A stretch of DNA of 64,000 bases from an uncultured Nitrospiraceae bacterium (GCA_963730935.1 CAVSTP010000004.1:736001-800000), one strand, 5' to 3'; counted from the stretch's first letter, positions 9,841 through 22,113 are shown. The notes: generated by a model not told the origin, from the sequence alone. Program-made: numbers and translations.

Positions 9841-10227
9841 TCAGCCTTTCTGGTTGGCAAGAAACGCGTCGTATTGTGTCGCCGTCATCAGTGTGTCGAC
9901 TTCGCCGGCATTCGAAAGCTCAATGACCACCATCCAGCCCCGGCCGTAAGGCTCGCTGTTGACGACCTCCGGATGGTCTTTCAGTTCCCCATTGACCTGG
10001 ACGATGTTGCCGCTGACGGGCGTGTATAACGTGGAGGTGGTCTTCGTCGATTCGATTTCCCCGATTTGCTGTCCGGCCTTGACGGTGGCGCCAACCTTCG
10101 GCAGATCGATGAACACGATGTCGCCCAGCGCGTCCTGTGCGAAGTCGCTGATGCCCACTGTGGCCTGATTGCCCTTCAGTCGTACCCATTCGTGCTCGTT
10201 GTGATACCGCAGATCTGCTGGAATCAT
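9841..10227 (-). CDS. gcvH: Glycine cleavage system H protein
   Basis: EHEWV...GISDFAQDALGDIVF...IESTKT (lipoyl Lys)...VNSEPYGRGW. Confidence 0.95.
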   Translation of the reverse strand: MIPADLRYHNEHEWVRLKGNQATVGISDFAQDALGDIVFIDLPKVGATVKAGQQIGEIESTKTTSTLYTPVSGNIVQVNGELKDHPEVVNSEPYGRGWMVVIELSNAGEVDTLMTATQYDAFLANQKG

Positions 10228-10244
10228 GCCGGATGTTCCTTCGC

Positions 10245-10670
10245 TCATCGCCCGTCGTGAATCTCCATGCCGGGAAAGAAAAAGCCGATTTCGAATTTCG
10301 CGGTTTCAGGCGAATCCGAACCATGTACTGCGTTGAACTCGATGTTCGTTCCGTGCGCCGCACGGATGGTGCCCTGTTCCGCCTTCGCAGGATCGGTGGC
10401 CCCCATGATCTCCCGGTTTTTCTTGATGGCATTGTCGCCTTGCAAGACCAGCACGACCGACGGCCCCGACGACATGAAGGTGCAGAGGCTGTCGAAGAAG
10501 GGCCGCGCCTTGTGCACGGCATAGAACCCTTCTGCCACGGGTTTGGCCATAACCACCAGCTTCATCGCCACCGGCTTCAATGCGGCCTTCTCATAGCGGG
10601 TGATGATGTCACCGATGGCCTGTTTTCGGACAGCATCCGGTTTGATGATCGCGAGCGTTCGTTCACTCAT
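10245..10670 (-). CDS. ndk: Nucleoside diphosphate kinase
   Basis: [20 protein letters not shown]. Confidence 0.98.
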   Translation of the reverse strand: MSERTLAIIKPDAVRKQAIGDIITRYEKAALKPVAMKLVVMAKPVAEGFYAVHKARPFFDSLCTFMSSGPSVVLVLQGDNAIKKNREIMGATDPAKAEQGTIRAAHGTNIEFNAVHGSDSPETAKFEIGFFFPGMEIHDGR

Positions 10671-10765
10671 TGCTTGAACTCTTCCTCAAATCTCAAGACA
10701 AATCGCGTGAAAAATATCGTCGCATTATAGGGATGGACATCCGGACTTTCAAGGGAGCAGAGGAC

Positions 10766-11806
10766 TTAGGAGGCAAACCGCCGAGCGAGTTCCTGCGGCG
10801 TGAACACACCACGCTCGGTGATGATGCCGGAGACCAATTCCGCGGGTGTGACGTCGAAGGCCGGATTATAGACGCTCACTCCTGCCGGGGCGACAGGATG
10901 GCTGCCATGAATCGTCGTCACCTCCTGGGCATTGCGCTGTTCGATCGGAATGTCCGCTCCTGATTTCGTCCGAAGATCAATCGTCGAATACGGGGCGGCG
11001 ACGTAGAACGGGATACCGTGCGCCTTGGCGAGCACGGCCACTGAATATGTCCCGATCTTGTTCGCGACATCGCCATTGGCGGCGATGCGGTCGGCGCCCA
11101 CGATGCAGAGATGGATCTTGCCCTGGCGCATCAAGGATCCCGCCATGTTGTCAGTAATCAGCGTCACCGGGATCTTGTCCTGCATGAGTTCCCACGCCGT
11201 TAGCCGGGCCCCCTGCAACACCGGCCGAGTTTCGTCGGCGATCACTTGGATCTGCTTGCCCTGCTCCCATGCGGCGCGGATGACCCCGAGTGCCGTCCCG
11301 TATCCCGCCGTCGCCAATGCCCCCGCATTGCAGTGCGTCAGAATCGTCTGGCCTTGTTGAATGAGCTCTGCGCCATGACGGCCCATCGCTTTGCACAGGG
11401 CAATATCCTCCTCAAGGATAGCCTGCGACTCTTTCAACAACGCGGCCTTGATGGCAGCGACCGGCTCGCCTCGTACCGCTGAAAGTTTCTGCTTCATCCG
11501 CTCGATGGCCCAGAAGAGATTGACCGCCGTCGGTCTCGTGGCAGCCAAGCGGTCACAGATCGCCAGCAGTTGCTCGGCGAACGCCTCGTACTCCGCCGCG
11601 GAAATCGCTTGCGCACCCAGGGCAACGCCCATCGCAGCGGTCACTCCGATCGCCGGCGCCCCGCGCACTTTCAACTCACGAATCGCGACAACCACCGCCT
11701 CCACATCCTGGCAATCGAGAAACGCTACGGTCTCCGGGAGGCGGCTCTGATCGAGCAGGCGCACGGCGCCTTTATGCCATTGAATGGTCGGAACCATGGT
11801 CGACAC
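10766..11806 (-). CDS. mtnA: S-methyl-5-thioribose-1-phosphate isomerase
   Basis: [42 protein letters not shown]. Confidence 0.96.
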   Translation of the reverse strand: MSTMVPTIQWHKGAVRLLDQSRLPETVAFLDCQDVEAVVVAIRELKVRGAPAIGVTAAMGVALGAQAISAAEYEAFAEQLLAICDRLAATRPTAVNLFWAIERMKQKLSAVRGEPVAAIKAALLKESQAILEEDIALCKAMGRHGAELIQQGQTILTHCNAGALATAGYGTALGVIRAAWEQGKQIQVIADETRPVLQGARLTAWELMQDKIPVTLITDNMAGSLMRQGKIHLCIVGADRIAANGDVANKIGTYSVAVLAKAHGIPFYVAAPYSTIDLRTKSGADIPIEQRNAQEVTTIHGSHPVAPAGVSVYNPAFDVTPAELVSGIITERGVFTPQELARRFAS

Positions 11807-11883
11807 TTGTAGCGGGATTCATGTGGCCAGTGCAAGAGGAAGGGGCTGACGGGTCTGATCTGGATCGACGAAGAGGAAGGGAG

Positions 11884-12084
11884 TTAACGGCTGTTGGCTC
11901 TTTTGGCTGTCGAAACGAGGGTCAGCGGCTTCTGCTCCGGCATCTGCTGATCGATTTTTGCCAGTTCACGCTCCAACATGGCCCGGATAAAGCCGCTGGT
12001 CGTATAGCCCTGTTGCTTCAGGCCGTCCAGGCGAGTCTTCAAATCCATCGGCAGTTGGATCACGATACGTACAAGCTTGCCCAT
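11884..12084 (-). CDS. Small ribbon-helix-helix-like protein
   Basis: GAGGAG RBS; MGKLVRIVIQLPMDLKTRLDGLKQQGYTTSGFIRAMLEREL. Confidence 0.65.
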   Translation of the reverse strand: MGKLVRIVIQLPMDLKTRLDGLKQQGYTTSGFIRAMLERELAKIDQQMPEQKPLTLVSTAKRANSR

Positions 12085-12262
12085 GGCAGACTCCTCGGAA
12101 GAAGCTGGTCCGGCCGGTTGTGATTGCACACGCTATGCCTTGCCAGCATGGAATTGGCACTGAATAGAATTGAGGACTTAGCCGGAGCACGTTGTGCCTC
12201 CGTAAGTCTTTTGCCTATTTTCGGCTGTACTTGCCCTCAATTGTACAACGGCGGTTTCCGCC

Positions 12263-14791
12263 CTATTCACGCCAGCGATCGATCAATCGCTCCCAATTGA
12301 GCCGCTCGCAGGCCCAGAGGCAGCCGGGGAACTGTACGCGCTGCGCCTGCTGTTCGCGTGTGTGGTGAAGCTGAAGACCCGGCGCCGAACACCGTCCTGT
12401 GACCCAAATTCCGCCGTCTCGGTCCGTGCGAAGCGTTGAAATCCCGCGCTCGGCATAGGCCTGCAACACCCCCGAGGTTGGGTGTCCATAGGCATTATGC
12501 CGTCCAACCGAGATGATTGCATATTGGGGATTCACTCGCTCCAGCCATTCACGCTGCAGGGAGCTCCCTGCGCCGTGATGTGGAACCTTCACGAGCTCCG
12601 CTCGCGCCGACTCCTCTTCTCGACTCATCCGTATCAACGCATCCTGTTCGACGTCGGCGGTAAACAGCACTCTGTGAGGCCCACAAGTAAGCGCCGTGAC
12701 GATCGACCGATTGTTAAGCGCATGACCTTCCTGTCTGCGGCCGCCCCGCTCCTGAGGAAATCCGGCCCCCTGCGGCGGATTCAACACCGCGAGCCGGCAT
12801 GGGCCGAGCGTGATGACGTCTTGCCGTTGCCGGGCAATGTGTTCGGTCAATCCCCGTTCCGTCAGCGCCTCCTGGAGGCGCTGATAAAAGGGCTCTTCCC
12901 GCACATCACCGGTGCCCCAGAATTGCCGCACGCTAAAATGCCGCAGGACGTACGCCAGGCCGCCGACGTGATCGAGTTGAGGATGCGTCGCAATGACATA
13001 ATCAATCGTCCGAATCCCGCGGTTCCAAAGATAGGGCGCGACGACGCCACGGCCCATGTCGAACCGCTCGTAACTGGGGCCACCGTCGATCAACACCACC
13101 TCACCACCAGGCAGCTCGAGCACCGCGCTATCGCCTTGTGAGACATCTAGGAAGGTAATGCGGAAACGGTCCCCATCTAGTAAGGATCTGGGCGACCACA
13201 TCCACCAGCCGAAGATCAAGACGAGGCCAGTTCCTGCAATCCATACCGTACGTCTTCGGTTGGATCCGAGCCACAGGGCTGCAAGGCAGGCATAGAACAT
13301 CAGGAGGCTGGGAAGCGCTGGCGCAGCGAGGTGCCACTCGCTGCCGGGCAATCGCGAAAGACCGCTGAGAATGGATACGAAGCGGTCCATCGACCACTGG
13401 ATTGCCGCTGCAAACGGTAATCCCCCTCCCTCCGTGCCACCATGGGAAAGAGCCGCGAGAAGTCCCATGGGCACCAGCACGCCGCCCATAAGGGGGACCG
13501 CAGCCAGATTCGTCACGAGTCCCAGCCACGACACCTGGTTGAAATAGAACGCCACTAGCGGAATCGTAGTCACGGTCACGAGAGCACTCATGGCAAGCGC
13601 GTCCATTCCCCACTGCCTTGCCCGCGAGAGTCCGGATGGCTTGATGTCCTCCTCCTCTTGGATCCCTGTCGATTGCGCCAGCCGCCAGCCAACGGCACAG
13701 ACGGACAAAAAGGAGAGCTGAAACGAGATGTCATAAATGACCTGCGGGTCGTGCAAGACGATCGCCATGGCTGCGGCCGCGAGCGCATGGAACATGCGCT
13801 GTTCACACCCAAGCCATTTTGCGAGAAGCGCGACAACTATCATCACGAGCGATCGGACGGTCGCCACTTCCGCTCCTGCGAGACAGGCATAGGCGGTTGC
13901 CGGGAAGAGGGTGGCAGCGGCGGCGAGTCTCGTGGGGGTGATCCGACGGGACATCCCCAGCAGCCACGAAGCCGGAAGCCACAAGAGACAGTGCTTGATC
14001 GCGGTGAACGAGAGCATTGCGACCAAACCCAGATGGCTGCCGGAAATCGACAACAGATGCACGGTGCCGGTGATCATGAATTGATCGCGTACGTCGGGAT
14101 CGAGGTAACCACGTTCTCCGATCACAATCCCGAGAAAAAGACCCAATGCAGGCTGCTCGAGACTTTGAAGCGCGGAGAGCCGTATGGCGTCCCGCCATCG
14201 GTCGAATTGATTCAACAATCGCCAGCGCAGACTGTCTCGACCCGATTCCAGTACCTCGACGGCTTCAATCCCGTTGACCGTCGCCACGGCATCAATGCCT
14301 TGCCGCTCCAGATAGGCCGCATAATTGAAGCCGCCCGGATTCAAGGAACCGGTGGGCACCCGCAATTTCGCTCGAGCCGCGATCCGATCTCCTTGGAACA
14401 GACGCCGCTCGGACGCACGCCAGGTCAAGCGGACAATGAGCGGGCGACCACCGTCAACCGCGTCGCACTGCACGACCACCGTCATACGGCCTGGCGAATA
14501 TTGGACGGGCGCAATCACGCGTCCGGCGCACGAGTGAAACGTTTCAGGCTCAGGTTCGTGGACTGCCGCCTTGAAAGGTCCTTCGACGGCCTGGAACCAA
14601 TACAGAATGCCGCACAGGAGACAACCGAATGAGGCCGTTGCCGTGATGGCAGCGATCCGCGCTTTGGCTTCAGACAAGCTGAGCCCAGCCGCAAAGACGC
14701 AGAGGAGGAGGAAGACGGATAGCGGGTAATAGGGAATGATCGAACCCAGCGCGAGACCGCAGATGAAGGCGAGCGTCAGGAAGGGCAGCAT
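12263..14791 (-). CDS. comEC: DNA internalization competence protein ComEC/Rec2
   Basis: NPGGFNY, GTVHLLSISGSH, SFQLSF and a metallo-beta-lactamase domain (THPQLDHVGG, KVPHHGA). Confidence 0.95.
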   Translation of the reverse strand: MLPFLTLAFICGLALGSIIPYYPLSVFLLLCVFAAGLSLSEAKARIAAITATASFGCLLCGILYWFQAVEGPFKAAVHEPEPETFHSCAGRVIAPVQYSPGRMTVVVQCDAVDGGRPLIVRLTWRASERRLFQGDRIAARAKLRVPTGSLNPGGFNYAAYLERQGIDAVATVNGIEAVEVLESGRDSLRWRLLNQFDRWRDAIRLSALQSLEQPALGLFLGIVIGERGYLDPDVRDQFMITGTVHLLSISGSHLGLVAMLSFTAIKHCLLWLPASWLLGMSRRITPTRLAAAATLFPATAYACLAGAEVATVRSLVMIVVALLAKWLGCEQRMFHALAAAAMAIVLHDPQVIYDISFQLSFLSVCAVGWRLAQSTGIQEEEDIKPSGLSRARQWGMDALAMSALVTVTTIPLVAFYFNQVSWLGLVTNLAAVPLMGGVLVPMGLLAALSHGGTEGGGLPFAAAIQWSMDRFVSILSGLSRLPGSEWHLAAPALPSLLMFYACLAALWLGSNRRRTVWIAGTGLVLIFGWWMWSPRSLLDGDRFRITFLDVSQGDSAVLELPGGEVVLIDGGPSYERFDMGRGVVAPYLWNRGIRTIDYVIATHPQLDHVGGLAYVLRHFSVRQFWGTGDVREEPFYQRLQEALTERGLTEHIARQRQDVITLGPCRLAVLNPPQGAGFPQERGGRRQEGHALNNRSIVTALTCGPHRVLFTADVEQDALIRMSREEESARAELVKVPHHGAGSSLQREWLERVNPQYAIISVGRHNAYGHPTSGVLQAYAERGISTLRTDRDGGIWVTGRCSAPGLQLHHTREQQAQRVQFPGCLWACERLNWERLIDRWRE

Positions 14792-14838
14792 CGCTTCCGT
14801 TCAGCACCACTGATGGTCGAATGTGACTGTGCAGGAAA

Positions 14839-16188
14839 CTAACTGAGGTGGGCCGTGACGATTCGTGCCAACCGATCGGCCTCTTCGCGGATGAGACTGT
14901 CGCGTTCGCCTTCAATCATGATCCGGAGCAAGGGTTCGGTGCCGGAATAGCGGACGAGAACGCGGCCGCTCCCGTTGAAACGGCGCTCGCTTTCGGCAAT
15001 GGCCTGCTGCAGATCCGGGATGCTGTCCAGATTTGGCTTCTTCGAGACCTTCACGTTGAGCAACACCTGCGGCACCGCCGTCATGGCTTTCGCCAGTTCG
15101 GAGAGCGGTTGCTCCGTTCGTTTCATGAGCGAGAGTACTTGCAGCGCTGAAATCAATCCGTCGCCGGTCGTGTTGTGATCCAAGAAGATGAAGTGGCCGG
15201 ACTGCTCGCCGCCGAAGGTGTATCCTTCTGCGAGCATCCGCTCGAGTAAATAGCGGTCTCCGACGGCGGTCCGCACCAACGTGATGCCGGCACGGTTCAG
15301 CGCCAGTTCCAAGCCAAAGTTGCTCATCACCGTGCCGACAACCGTCTGTTTGGCGAGAAGGCCGTGACGATGCAGGTCCAATCCGAGCGCGGCCATGATG
15401 TGATCGCCGTTGATGACATCGCCTTGCTCACAGACGAAGATGGCGCGGTCGGCATCGCCGTCCAAGGCAATCCCGAGATGCGCATCGAATTCTTTCACGG
15501 CGCGCTGAAGCAGCGCGGGATGGACCGCACCGCAACCCGCGTTGATGTTCATGCCGTCCGGCTTGTTGCCGATGACGTCAACCTTGGCGCCCAATTCGCG
15601 CAGCACGGTCGGGGCCACCTTATACGCTGCACCGTTCGCACAATCGACCACAAGTTTGATGCCTTGAAAATCCAGATCCCTGGGTAGTGACCGCTTCACA
15701 AATTCGATGTAGCGCCCTTCAGCGTCGTCGATACGAAACGCCTTCCCAATCGCGTCGGCTGTCGGACGAAGATGCGCGATCTCATTCGAGACGATCAATT
15801 CTTCGATCCTCGCTTCGATTTCATCGGCCAGCTTGAGACCATCGTTCGAGAAAAATTTGATGCCGTTGTCCTGATACGGATTATGCGAAGCGGAAATCAT
15901 CACGCCGGCATCGGCCCGCAGGCTCCGCGCCAAGAAGGCGATCGCCGGCGTCGGCAGCGGACCGACGAGCAGTACGTCGACGCCCATGGAGCAGATGCCC
16001 GACATCAAGGCCGCTTCCAGCATATAGCCGGAGACCCGCGTATCCTTCCCGATGACGATCTGATGACGCCCGGCCCTGCGCATGAAAATATGCGCGGCCG
16101 CGCGTCCCAACTGCATCGCCGTTTCGCTGGTCATCGGCTCGAGATTCGCCGTGCCCCTCACGCCGTCGGTACCGAAGAGCTTACGCAT
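14839..16188 (-). CDS. glmM: Phosphoglucosamine mutase
   Basis: [35 protein letters not shown]. Confidence 0.98.
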   Translation of the reverse strand: MRKLFGTDGVRGTANLEPMTSETAMQLGRAAAHIFMRRAGRHQIVIGKDTRVSGYMLEAALMSGICSMGVDVLLVGPLPTPAIAFLARSLRADAGVMISASHNPYQDNGIKFFSNDGLKLADEIEARIEELIVSNEIAHLRPTADAIGKAFRIDDAEGRYIEFVKRSLPRDLDFQGIKLVVDCANGAAYKVAPTVLRELGAKVDVIGNKPDGMNINAGCGAVHPALLQRAVKEFDAHLGIALDGDADRAIFVCEQGDVINGDHIMAALGLDLHRHGLLAKQTVVGTVMSNFGLELALNRAGITLVRTAVGDRYLLERMLAEGYTFGGEQSGHFIFLDHNTTGDGLISALQVLSLMKRTEQPLSELAKAMTAVPQVLLNVKVSKKPNLDSIPDLQQAIAESERRFNGSGRVLVRYSGTEPLLRIMIEGERDSLIREEADRLARIVTAHLS

Positions 16189-17053
16189 GTTGTTCTCGCA
16201 CTCCAGCGGATGTTCGCCGCGCGATCGCGACGGTGATCTTGGCGACGTCTTTCATCGATCCGACATCGTGCACACGAAGAATGTTCGCGCCATGCTCGGC
16301 CGCCAGGGCGACGACGGCTGCGGTCCCCCACCCCCGCGCCTCCACGGATTGATCCGTGAGCTGTCCGATGAACCCTTTTCTCGATGGACCAACCAGCAGG
16401 GGGTACCCCAATTCCGTGAAGACACGGAGATTCGCGAGGAGATCCAGATTATGGTCGAGCGTTTTGCCGAATCCGATGCCAGGATCCACCACGATCCTGT
16501 CCTTCGCCACCCCGTGGTCGATTGCGAAGCGTGCCCGTTCAGCCAGAAACCGGGCGACCTCCCCGACCACGTCGACGTAGCGGGGCGCGTGCTGCATGGT
16601 TTCAGGAGTCCCTTGCATGTGCATCAACGCAAGACCGGCACCTGCTTGCGCCACGACATCGACCATGGCGCTGTCGCCGCGCAAGGCCGTGACGTCGTTG
16701 ACCATGACGGCGCCTGCGTCAATCGCGGCCCTGGCCACCTCCGCTTTAGACGTATCGACGGAAATGGGGACGGACACGGCCTTCGCCAATGCCGCGACGA
16801 CGGGCACAAGCCGACGGCGTTCTTCCTGCTCATCAACAGGGGAAGCACCAGGTCTGGTCGATTCGGCGCCGATATCCAACAGGTCGGCCCCTTCATCGAC
16901 CAGTCGCAACGCATGGGCAACCGCACGCTGAGGATCGCAAAACCGCCCCCCGTCAAAAAAGGAGTCCGGGGTCACGTTAACAATCCCCATCAACAAGGGG
17001 CGATCAAGAACAAGACGCTGTCCTTTGAGCTGGAACTCCATCGATGTGACCAT
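16181..17053 (-). CDS. folP: Dihydropteroate synthase (start codon uncertain)
   Basis: [37 protein letters not shown]. Confidence 0.96.
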   Translation of the reverse strand: MVTSMEFQLKGQRLVLDRPLLMGIVNVTPDSFFDGGRFCDPQRAVAHALRLVDEGADLLDIGAESTRPGASPVDEQEERRRLVPVVAALAKAVSVPISVDTSKAEVARAAIDAGAVMVNDVTALRGDSAMVDVVAQAGAGLALMHMQGTPETMQHAPRYVDVVGEVARFLAERARFAIDHGVAKDRIVVDPGIGFGKTLDHNLDLLANLRVFTELGYPLLVGPSRKGFIGQLTDQSVEARGWGTAAVVALAAEHGANILRVHDVGSMKDVAKITVAIARRTSAGVREQHA

Positions 17054-17241
17054 GTCTTCACAACACGGCAGCACTGTATCCCTGTGGGAATCAAGATACA
17101 ATCCTGTATCCCGTCTGACACGGGTGTCGTGACGCTATCTGCTTGAAATACCGCAAAAGAGACGGGAACCGCCTCTTCCGTTGATACGACGTACGATCCG
17201 CTGCAACTCCAGTGCCCTGAAGCCGCAGCGTTTCGCAGCCA

Positions 17242-19053
17242 TCAGGCAGGCACAGTCTGAGAGGAACTCTGCATCAAGATCTGATCGATCTCCGGGGCAT
17301 CGAGCACTTCTTTCTCCAGGAGAGCTTCCGCCAGAGCCTTGAGGCTTCTCATGTGTTCGGTGAGGAGCCGCTTCGCCCGTTCGTAGTTCTCAGTGACCAG
17401 ACGCTTGACCTCGAGATCGATCTCGAGGGCGACTTGGTCGCTGAAATCGCGTTTAGTGGTCAGCTCTCGGCCAAGGAATATCTCTTCTTCCTTACGGCCG
17501 AACGTCAAGGGGCCAAGCTTTTCACTCATGCCCCATTCACAGACCATTTTTCTGGCGAGATCCGTCGCGCGCTCGATGTCGTTCCCCGCACCGGTCGTGA
17601 TGTGTTTCAACACGAGTTCCTCCGCCACACGCCCGCCCATAAGAATCGCAAGGTTATTGTAGAGAAATTCCTTCGAATAGTTGTGCCGATCATCGGTCGG
17701 CAGCTGCATGGTCACACCCAACGCCCGTCCACGGGGAATAATCGTCACCTTGTGCACCGGATCCGTGCCGGGCAATAGCTTGGCCATGAGGGCATGACCG
17801 GCTTCATGGTATGCGGTCGTGCGCTTTTCTTCATCGCTCAAGATCATGCTCTTGCGTTCGGCGCCCATCAGGACCTTGTCCTTGGCCATCTCGAAGTCGA
17901 TGACCTCCACTTCCTTCTTGTTCTGACGGGCTGCCCACAGTGCTGCTTCGTTCACAAGATTTTCGAGGTCCGCGCCCGAGAAGCCTGGCGTACCCCGGGC
18001 GATCTTTTCCAACTCGACGTCCACAGCAATGGGCACCTTCTTGGTGTGCACTTTGAGAATTTCGGAGCGGCCCCGCAGATCCGGGCGATTGACAACAACC
18101 TGGCGATCAAAACGACCCGGCCTCAGCAACGCAGGATCGAGCACGTCCGGCCGGTTGGTCGCCGCGATCAGAATGACGCCTTCCGTCGTATCGAATCCAT
18201 CCATTTCTACGAGCAGTTGGTTCAGCGTCTGTTCGCGCTCATCGTGCCCGCCGCCCAAGCCGGCTCCCCGCAAGCGTCCGACCGCATCGATTTCGTCGAT
18301 GAAGATAATGCAGGGCGCATGCTTTTTCCCCTGCTCAAAAAGATCGCGCACACGGGACGCCCCAACGCCGACGAACATTTCGACGAAATCTGACCCGCTG
18401 ATGCTGAAGAACGGCACACCGGCCTCCCCGGCGATCGCTTTGGCCAACAGGGTTTTTCCGGTCCCGGGAGGTCCCACGATCAGCACCCCTTTTGGAATGC
18501 GTCCGCCGAGCTTCTGAAACTTGCGTGGGTCCTTCAAAAATTCGATGATTTCGAGCACCTCTTCCTTCGCTTCATCGATGCCAGCCACGTCGGAAAAGGT
18601 CACTTTTTTCCGTTCTTCGGTCAGCATCCGCGCCCGGCTCTTGCCGAATGACAAGGCCTTGTTGCCGCCAATCTGCATCTGGCGCATCAAGAAGAACCAC
18701 AAGCCCAGGAAAAGGACGAACGGTCCCCACGTGACGAGGAAGGTAATGTACCAGGGGCTTTCATCGGGCGGCTTGGCTTCAATCTGCACGCCCTTTTCAC
18801 GCAGGACTTTCACGAAATCGGGATACTCCGCGGTAAACGTCCGGATGCGGGTTTTGTCCTTCAGGACGGCACTCACGTGATTGGACTTAATGATGACTTT
18901 TTCGATGTCCCCTTTGTCGAGTTTCGCCATGAAATCGCTGAAAATGACTTCCTCTTCGGGCGCATGGGTCGGCACGCTGAACAGGTTGAACAGCAAGATC
19001 ATGAACAGGCCGACAACGACCCAGAAGAGCAGATTTTTTGCCCTGGAATTCAT
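17242..19053 (-). CDS. ftsH: ATP-dependent zinc metalloprotease FtsH
   Basis: Two TM helices, [11 protein letters not shown] motif, HEAGH. Confidence 0.98.
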   Translation of the reverse strand: MNSRAKNLLFWVVVGLFMILLFNLFSVPTHAPEEEVIFSDFMAKLDKGDIEKVIIKSNHVSAVLKDKTRIRTFTAEYPDFVKVLREKGVQIEAKPPDESPWYITFLVTWGPFVLFLGLWFFLMRQMQIGGNKALSFGKSRARMLTEERKKVTFSDVAGIDEAKEEVLEIIEFLKDPRKFQKLGGRIPKGVLIVGPPGTGKTLLAKAIAGEAGVPFFSISGSDFVEMFVGVGASRVRDLFEQGKKHAPCIIFIDEIDAVGRLRGAGLGGGHDEREQTLNQLLVEMDGFDTTEGVILIAATNRPDVLDPALLRPGRFDRQVVVNRPDLRGRSEILKVHTKKVPIAVDVELEKIARGTPGFSGADLENLVNEAALWAARQNKKEVEVIDFEMAKDKVLMGAERKSMILSDEEKRTTAYHEAGHALMAKLLPGTDPVHKVTIIPRGRALGVTMQLPTDDRHNYSKEFLYNNLAILMGGRVAEELVLKHITTGAGNDIERATDLARKMVCEWGMSEKLGPLTFGRKEEEIFLGRELTTKRDFSDQVALEIDLEVKRLVTENYERAKRLLTEHMRSLKALAEALLEKEVLDAPEIDQILMQSSSQTVPA

Positions 19054-19110
19054 CCAGTTCTCCTTGTGGCAGGTGCCCTTAACTCGCGAGAAAATCCGCG
19101 AGTTTGAGTG

Positions 19111-19140
19111 ATGTTACCACAGGCCTCTTCAGACTGACAA
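19111..19140 (-). promoter_or_regulatory. Putative ftsH promoter TTGTCA-18-(TG)TAACAT
   Basis: Hexamer match with an extended -10 upstream of ftsH. Confidence 0.5.
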
Positions 19141-19152
19141 CCTCGCCCTCTC

Positions 19153-19692
19153 CTATTCCTGCTCGCCTTCCACATCGAGAACGGCCAGGTAGGGAAGGTT
19201 CCGGTATTTCTGTTGATAATCAAGCCCGTATCCGACCACGTATTTATTGGGGATCTTGAAGCCGATGTAGTCGAGCACCACGTCGATCGTTCGCCGCTCT
19301 GGCTTGCTCAGAAGCGTGCAGACCTTGATGGATTTCGGCTTTTGTTTGGTGAGGGTCTTGATCAAGTACTGAACGGTCAACCCGGAATCAACGATATCCT
19401 CGACCAGCAGGACATCCTTTCCCTTGATGTCCTCGGTCAGTTCGGTGATCACTTTCACCTTTCCCGAGGTCTTGGATTGCCCGCCATAACTCGTGACGAT
19501 CAAAAAATCCACCCGCATCGGAATTCGAATAGCTCGCGCCAAATCCGCATAAAATGCGTACGCCCCTTTCAAGACCCCGACGAGGACGAGGTCCTTGCCG
19601 GTGTAATCGTTCGCAATTTGTTTGCCGAGTTCCTTGATGCGTGCACGCATCTCCTCTTGCGTGACGATCGGCCGTCCGAATATCCGCTCCAT
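19153..19692 (-). CDS. hpt: Hypoxanthine phosphoribosyltransferase
   Basis: VLLVEDIVDSGLT PRPP motif; VVGYGLDY; tilS-hpt-ftsH order. Confidence 0.96.
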   Translation of the reverse strand: MERIFGRPIVTQEEMRARIKELGKQIANDYTGKDLVLVGVLKGAYAFYADLARAIRIPMRVDFLIVTSYGGQSKTSGKVKVITELTEDIKGKDVLLVEDIVDSGLTVQYLIKTLTKQKPKSIKVCTLLSKPERRTIDVVLDYIGFKIPNKYVVGYGLDYQQKYRNLPYLAVLDVEGEQE

Positions 19693-19694
19693 CC

Positions 19695-21161
19695 CTACTC
19701 GGCTCCTTCGCTTTCCGCCTGTGATTGCACCGTGGCCACGAGACAACGGGACGTGCTCTTGCGCGCCACAAACCGTTCATCTTCCCGTTGTCCGACCACC
19801 CAGAGAATCCCTTCGGGCGAGGCGAGGAGCGGGATCCGCATCCGTTCCTCCCGGCTCAGCTTCGAGTCGGTAAAAAAATCCTGCAGCTTCTTGCTCTTTC
19901 CGCCCATGCCCCGCGGATGAATACGGTCGCCGGCCTGCCATGGCCTCAGCACGAGCGGCGCTGACAGACGAGCCATGTCAAACACTCCGCGCTCGCGCGT
20001 CCGATGCTTGAGCAACGGCTCTGCCGCCTGTCTCGTCATCTCTTGTACATGAATTTCCTGCCCGGTACCAGGCCAATACACGGTCGATGGGACGACCACG
20101 GGCACCGGCCCTGCAACGGGGATGGTCGACCGGCGGTCTGACGCGTGATGCTGTCGCTTTCGCCTGATGACGACCACCCGTTCCCGGTCTCGGACCACGT
20201 CGGCCCCGCGGAGCGACACTCGTCGACCCTTCGACTTGCCCGACAGGAAGCGCAGCACGCCTTCGACCACGCGCAAGCTGGGAGCCTGCTGATCACGATC
20301 CGTGCCTTTGAGAATGTGGCGGACGAGACGGCGCTTGAGCGCATCGGGAAGCGCATCCACGGCTTGGCGCTCGAACCGCTGATCTCCTTTGGCATCCACC
20401 GTGATCAACGACCGATACAGTTCATCCACAACCTGCTCGAGGTAGGCATCATCGGCCCGCAGGACATCGGCCTGCCGCTCCAACAGGCGCACAATGCCTG
20501 GCGTGATGTCTTCCATCACCGGCAACAGATCCCGTCGCACCTGGTTACGCCGATACAGTCCGATAAGATTGCTGCTGTCCTGCCGGTATGACAGGCCTTC
20601 CTGCTTGAGGTAGCTCAATATTTCGTCACGCGTCGTCTTGAGAAGCGGGCGCACGATGATCTTTTCCCTGATGAACGGCATGCCCGCCAGTCCTGTCAGT
20701 CCCGCTCCCCGGAGCATCCACATCAACATGGTCTCGGCCTGATCATTGGCGGTGTGACCGGTGACGATTCGATCCGCGTGAAGCTCATGAGCCAGCGATT
20801 TCATGGCCTCATACCTCGCCCAACGCGCAAGCTGCTGGAGCGAGGAGGCTCGAGGCTGTTTCGACAGAACAGGCCGTCTGACGACCAGCGGAATGTTCCT
20901 GGCTTGGCAGAACGACGAGACGAATGCTTCATCACCGTCGGACTCGCTGCCGCGTAGTCCATAGTTAAAATGGACGACGGTCAGCTTGAGCCGCCAGGAC
21001 GGCGCCAAGGCCGCCAGAAGCGACAGCAGCGCAATCGAATCTGGACCGCCAGAAACCGCCAGCAGCAAGTGCTGACCGGCACCGAACAAGCGGCGTTCCT
21101 GGATGGTCCTGACGACCCGGTCCAACAAGGTGGGCCGCCTTCTCGTGGTATGGGTCGTCAT
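19695..21161 (-). CDS. tilS: tRNA(Ile)-lysidine synthase
   Basis: AVSGGPDS, GHTANDQAET, IVRPLL; C-terminal KKLQDFF. Confidence 0.95.
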   Translation of the reverse strand: MTTHTTRRRPTLLDRVVRTIQERRLFGAGQHLLLAVSGGPDSIALLSLLAALAPSWRLKLTVVHFNYGLRGSESDGDEAFVSSFCQARNIPLVVRRPVLSKQPRASSLQQLARWARYEAMKSLAHELHADRIVTGHTANDQAETMLMWMLRGAGLTGLAGMPFIREKIIVRPLLKTTRDEILSYLKQEGLSYRQDSSNLIGLYRRNQVRRDLLPVMEDITPGIVRLLERQADVLRADDAYLEQVVDELYRSLITVDAKGDQRFERQAVDALPDALKRRLVRHILKGTDRDQQAPSLRVVEGVLRFLSGKSKGRRVSLRGADVVRDRERVVVIRRKRQHHASDRRSTIPVAGPVPVVVPSTVYWPGTGQEIHVQEMTRQAAEPLLKHRTRERGVFDMARLSAPLVLRPWQAGDRIHPRGMGGKSKKLQDFFTDSKLSREERMRIPLLASPEGILWVVGQREDERFVARKSTSRCLVATVQSQAESEGAE

Positions 21162-22111
21162 GGATGACGCACCCCTTCCGCGTGGCGGCGCAGGCTGGCT
21201 TTCGCGCGGTCGACGTCGCGTGCGATCTGGGCGGCAAGTTCCTGCGCCGATGGAAACGTGTGGTCGCCCCTGAGGCGCTCGATGAATTCAACCGCGATCG
21301 ACTTGCCATAGAGGTGATCCCGGTGGTCGAGCAGATTGACCTCGATCAATCGCTCCCCGGCTCCGAACGTCGGCCGGCTGCCGATGTATGCGACCGCATC
21401 GTACTGCTTCCCGTCATACGAAGCCCGTGCGGCATAGACGCCATCCGGCGGAGTCACCCGTTCAGGCGGAATCCGGAGATTGGCGGTCGGCCAGCCGAGC
21501 GCTTGTCCCTGCTGCATGCCCGACACCACCGTGCCCCTCAGACCGTACGCCCGTCCCAGCAAGGCGGCCGCCTCTTCCATATTACCCGCCTGAATCAACG
21601 TTCGGATTCTCGTGGAACTGACCACTCCGCCGTTGAGTACCACAGGGCGCACCGGATGCACCGCGAATCCCAACGATGCCCCAAGCCGTTCCAGGTCGGC
21701 GATCCGTCCGACGCGTCCTTTTCCGAACGCAAAATGTTCTCCAACAAACAGCTCGGCCACCCCCAGACGGCGGTGCAGAACGACGTCCGCAAACTCGTCG
21801 GGCGTCATGACCGCCAATGCCGGCGTAAATTCGAGAAACACGACTTCATCGACACCGGCAGCCATGAAGCGTTCGAGCTTTTCCTCCGGGTTCGTGAGAA
21901 ACCGCAGTTCCACATGAGGCGCCAGTACCCTGATAGGGTGCGGATCGAACGTGACCACCATGGCCGTGCCCCCTACTTCGCGAGCCCGTGCCACCACTGT
22001 TTGTAAGAGGGAAAGATGGCCGCGGTGATGACCGTCGAAGTTTCCGATGGTCACCACCGGGTGCGGTCTTGACCGGACGTCTCCGAAGCCGCGCGTCACC
22101 GTGAAGGTCAT
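21158..22111 (-). CDS. ribF: Bifunctional riboflavin kinase/FAD synthetase
   Basis: IGNFDGHHRGH, VSSTRIR, GWPTAN. Confidence 0.96.
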   Translation of the reverse strand: MTFTVTRGFGDVRSRPHPVVTIGNFDGHHRGHLSLLQTVVARAREVGGTAMVVTFDPHPIRVLAPHVELRFLTNPEEKLERFMAAGVDEVVFLEFTPALAVMTPDEFADVVLHRRLGVAELFVGEHFAFGKGRVGRIADLERLGASLGFAVHPVRPVVLNGGVVSSTRIRTLIQAGNMEEAAALLGRAYGLRGTVVSGMQQGQALGWPTANLRIPPERVTPPDGVYAARASYDGKQYDAVAYIGSRPTFGAGERLIEVNLLDHRDHLYGKSIAVEFIERLRGDHTFPSAQELAAQIARDVDRAKASLRRHAEGVRHP

Positions 22112-22113
22112 CG

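Noticed and set aside
12125..12165. Sigma54 promoter before the small RHH gene (and a similar one near 47250)
   Set aside because: The GG-to-GC spacing is off by one from the strict -24/-12 geometry.
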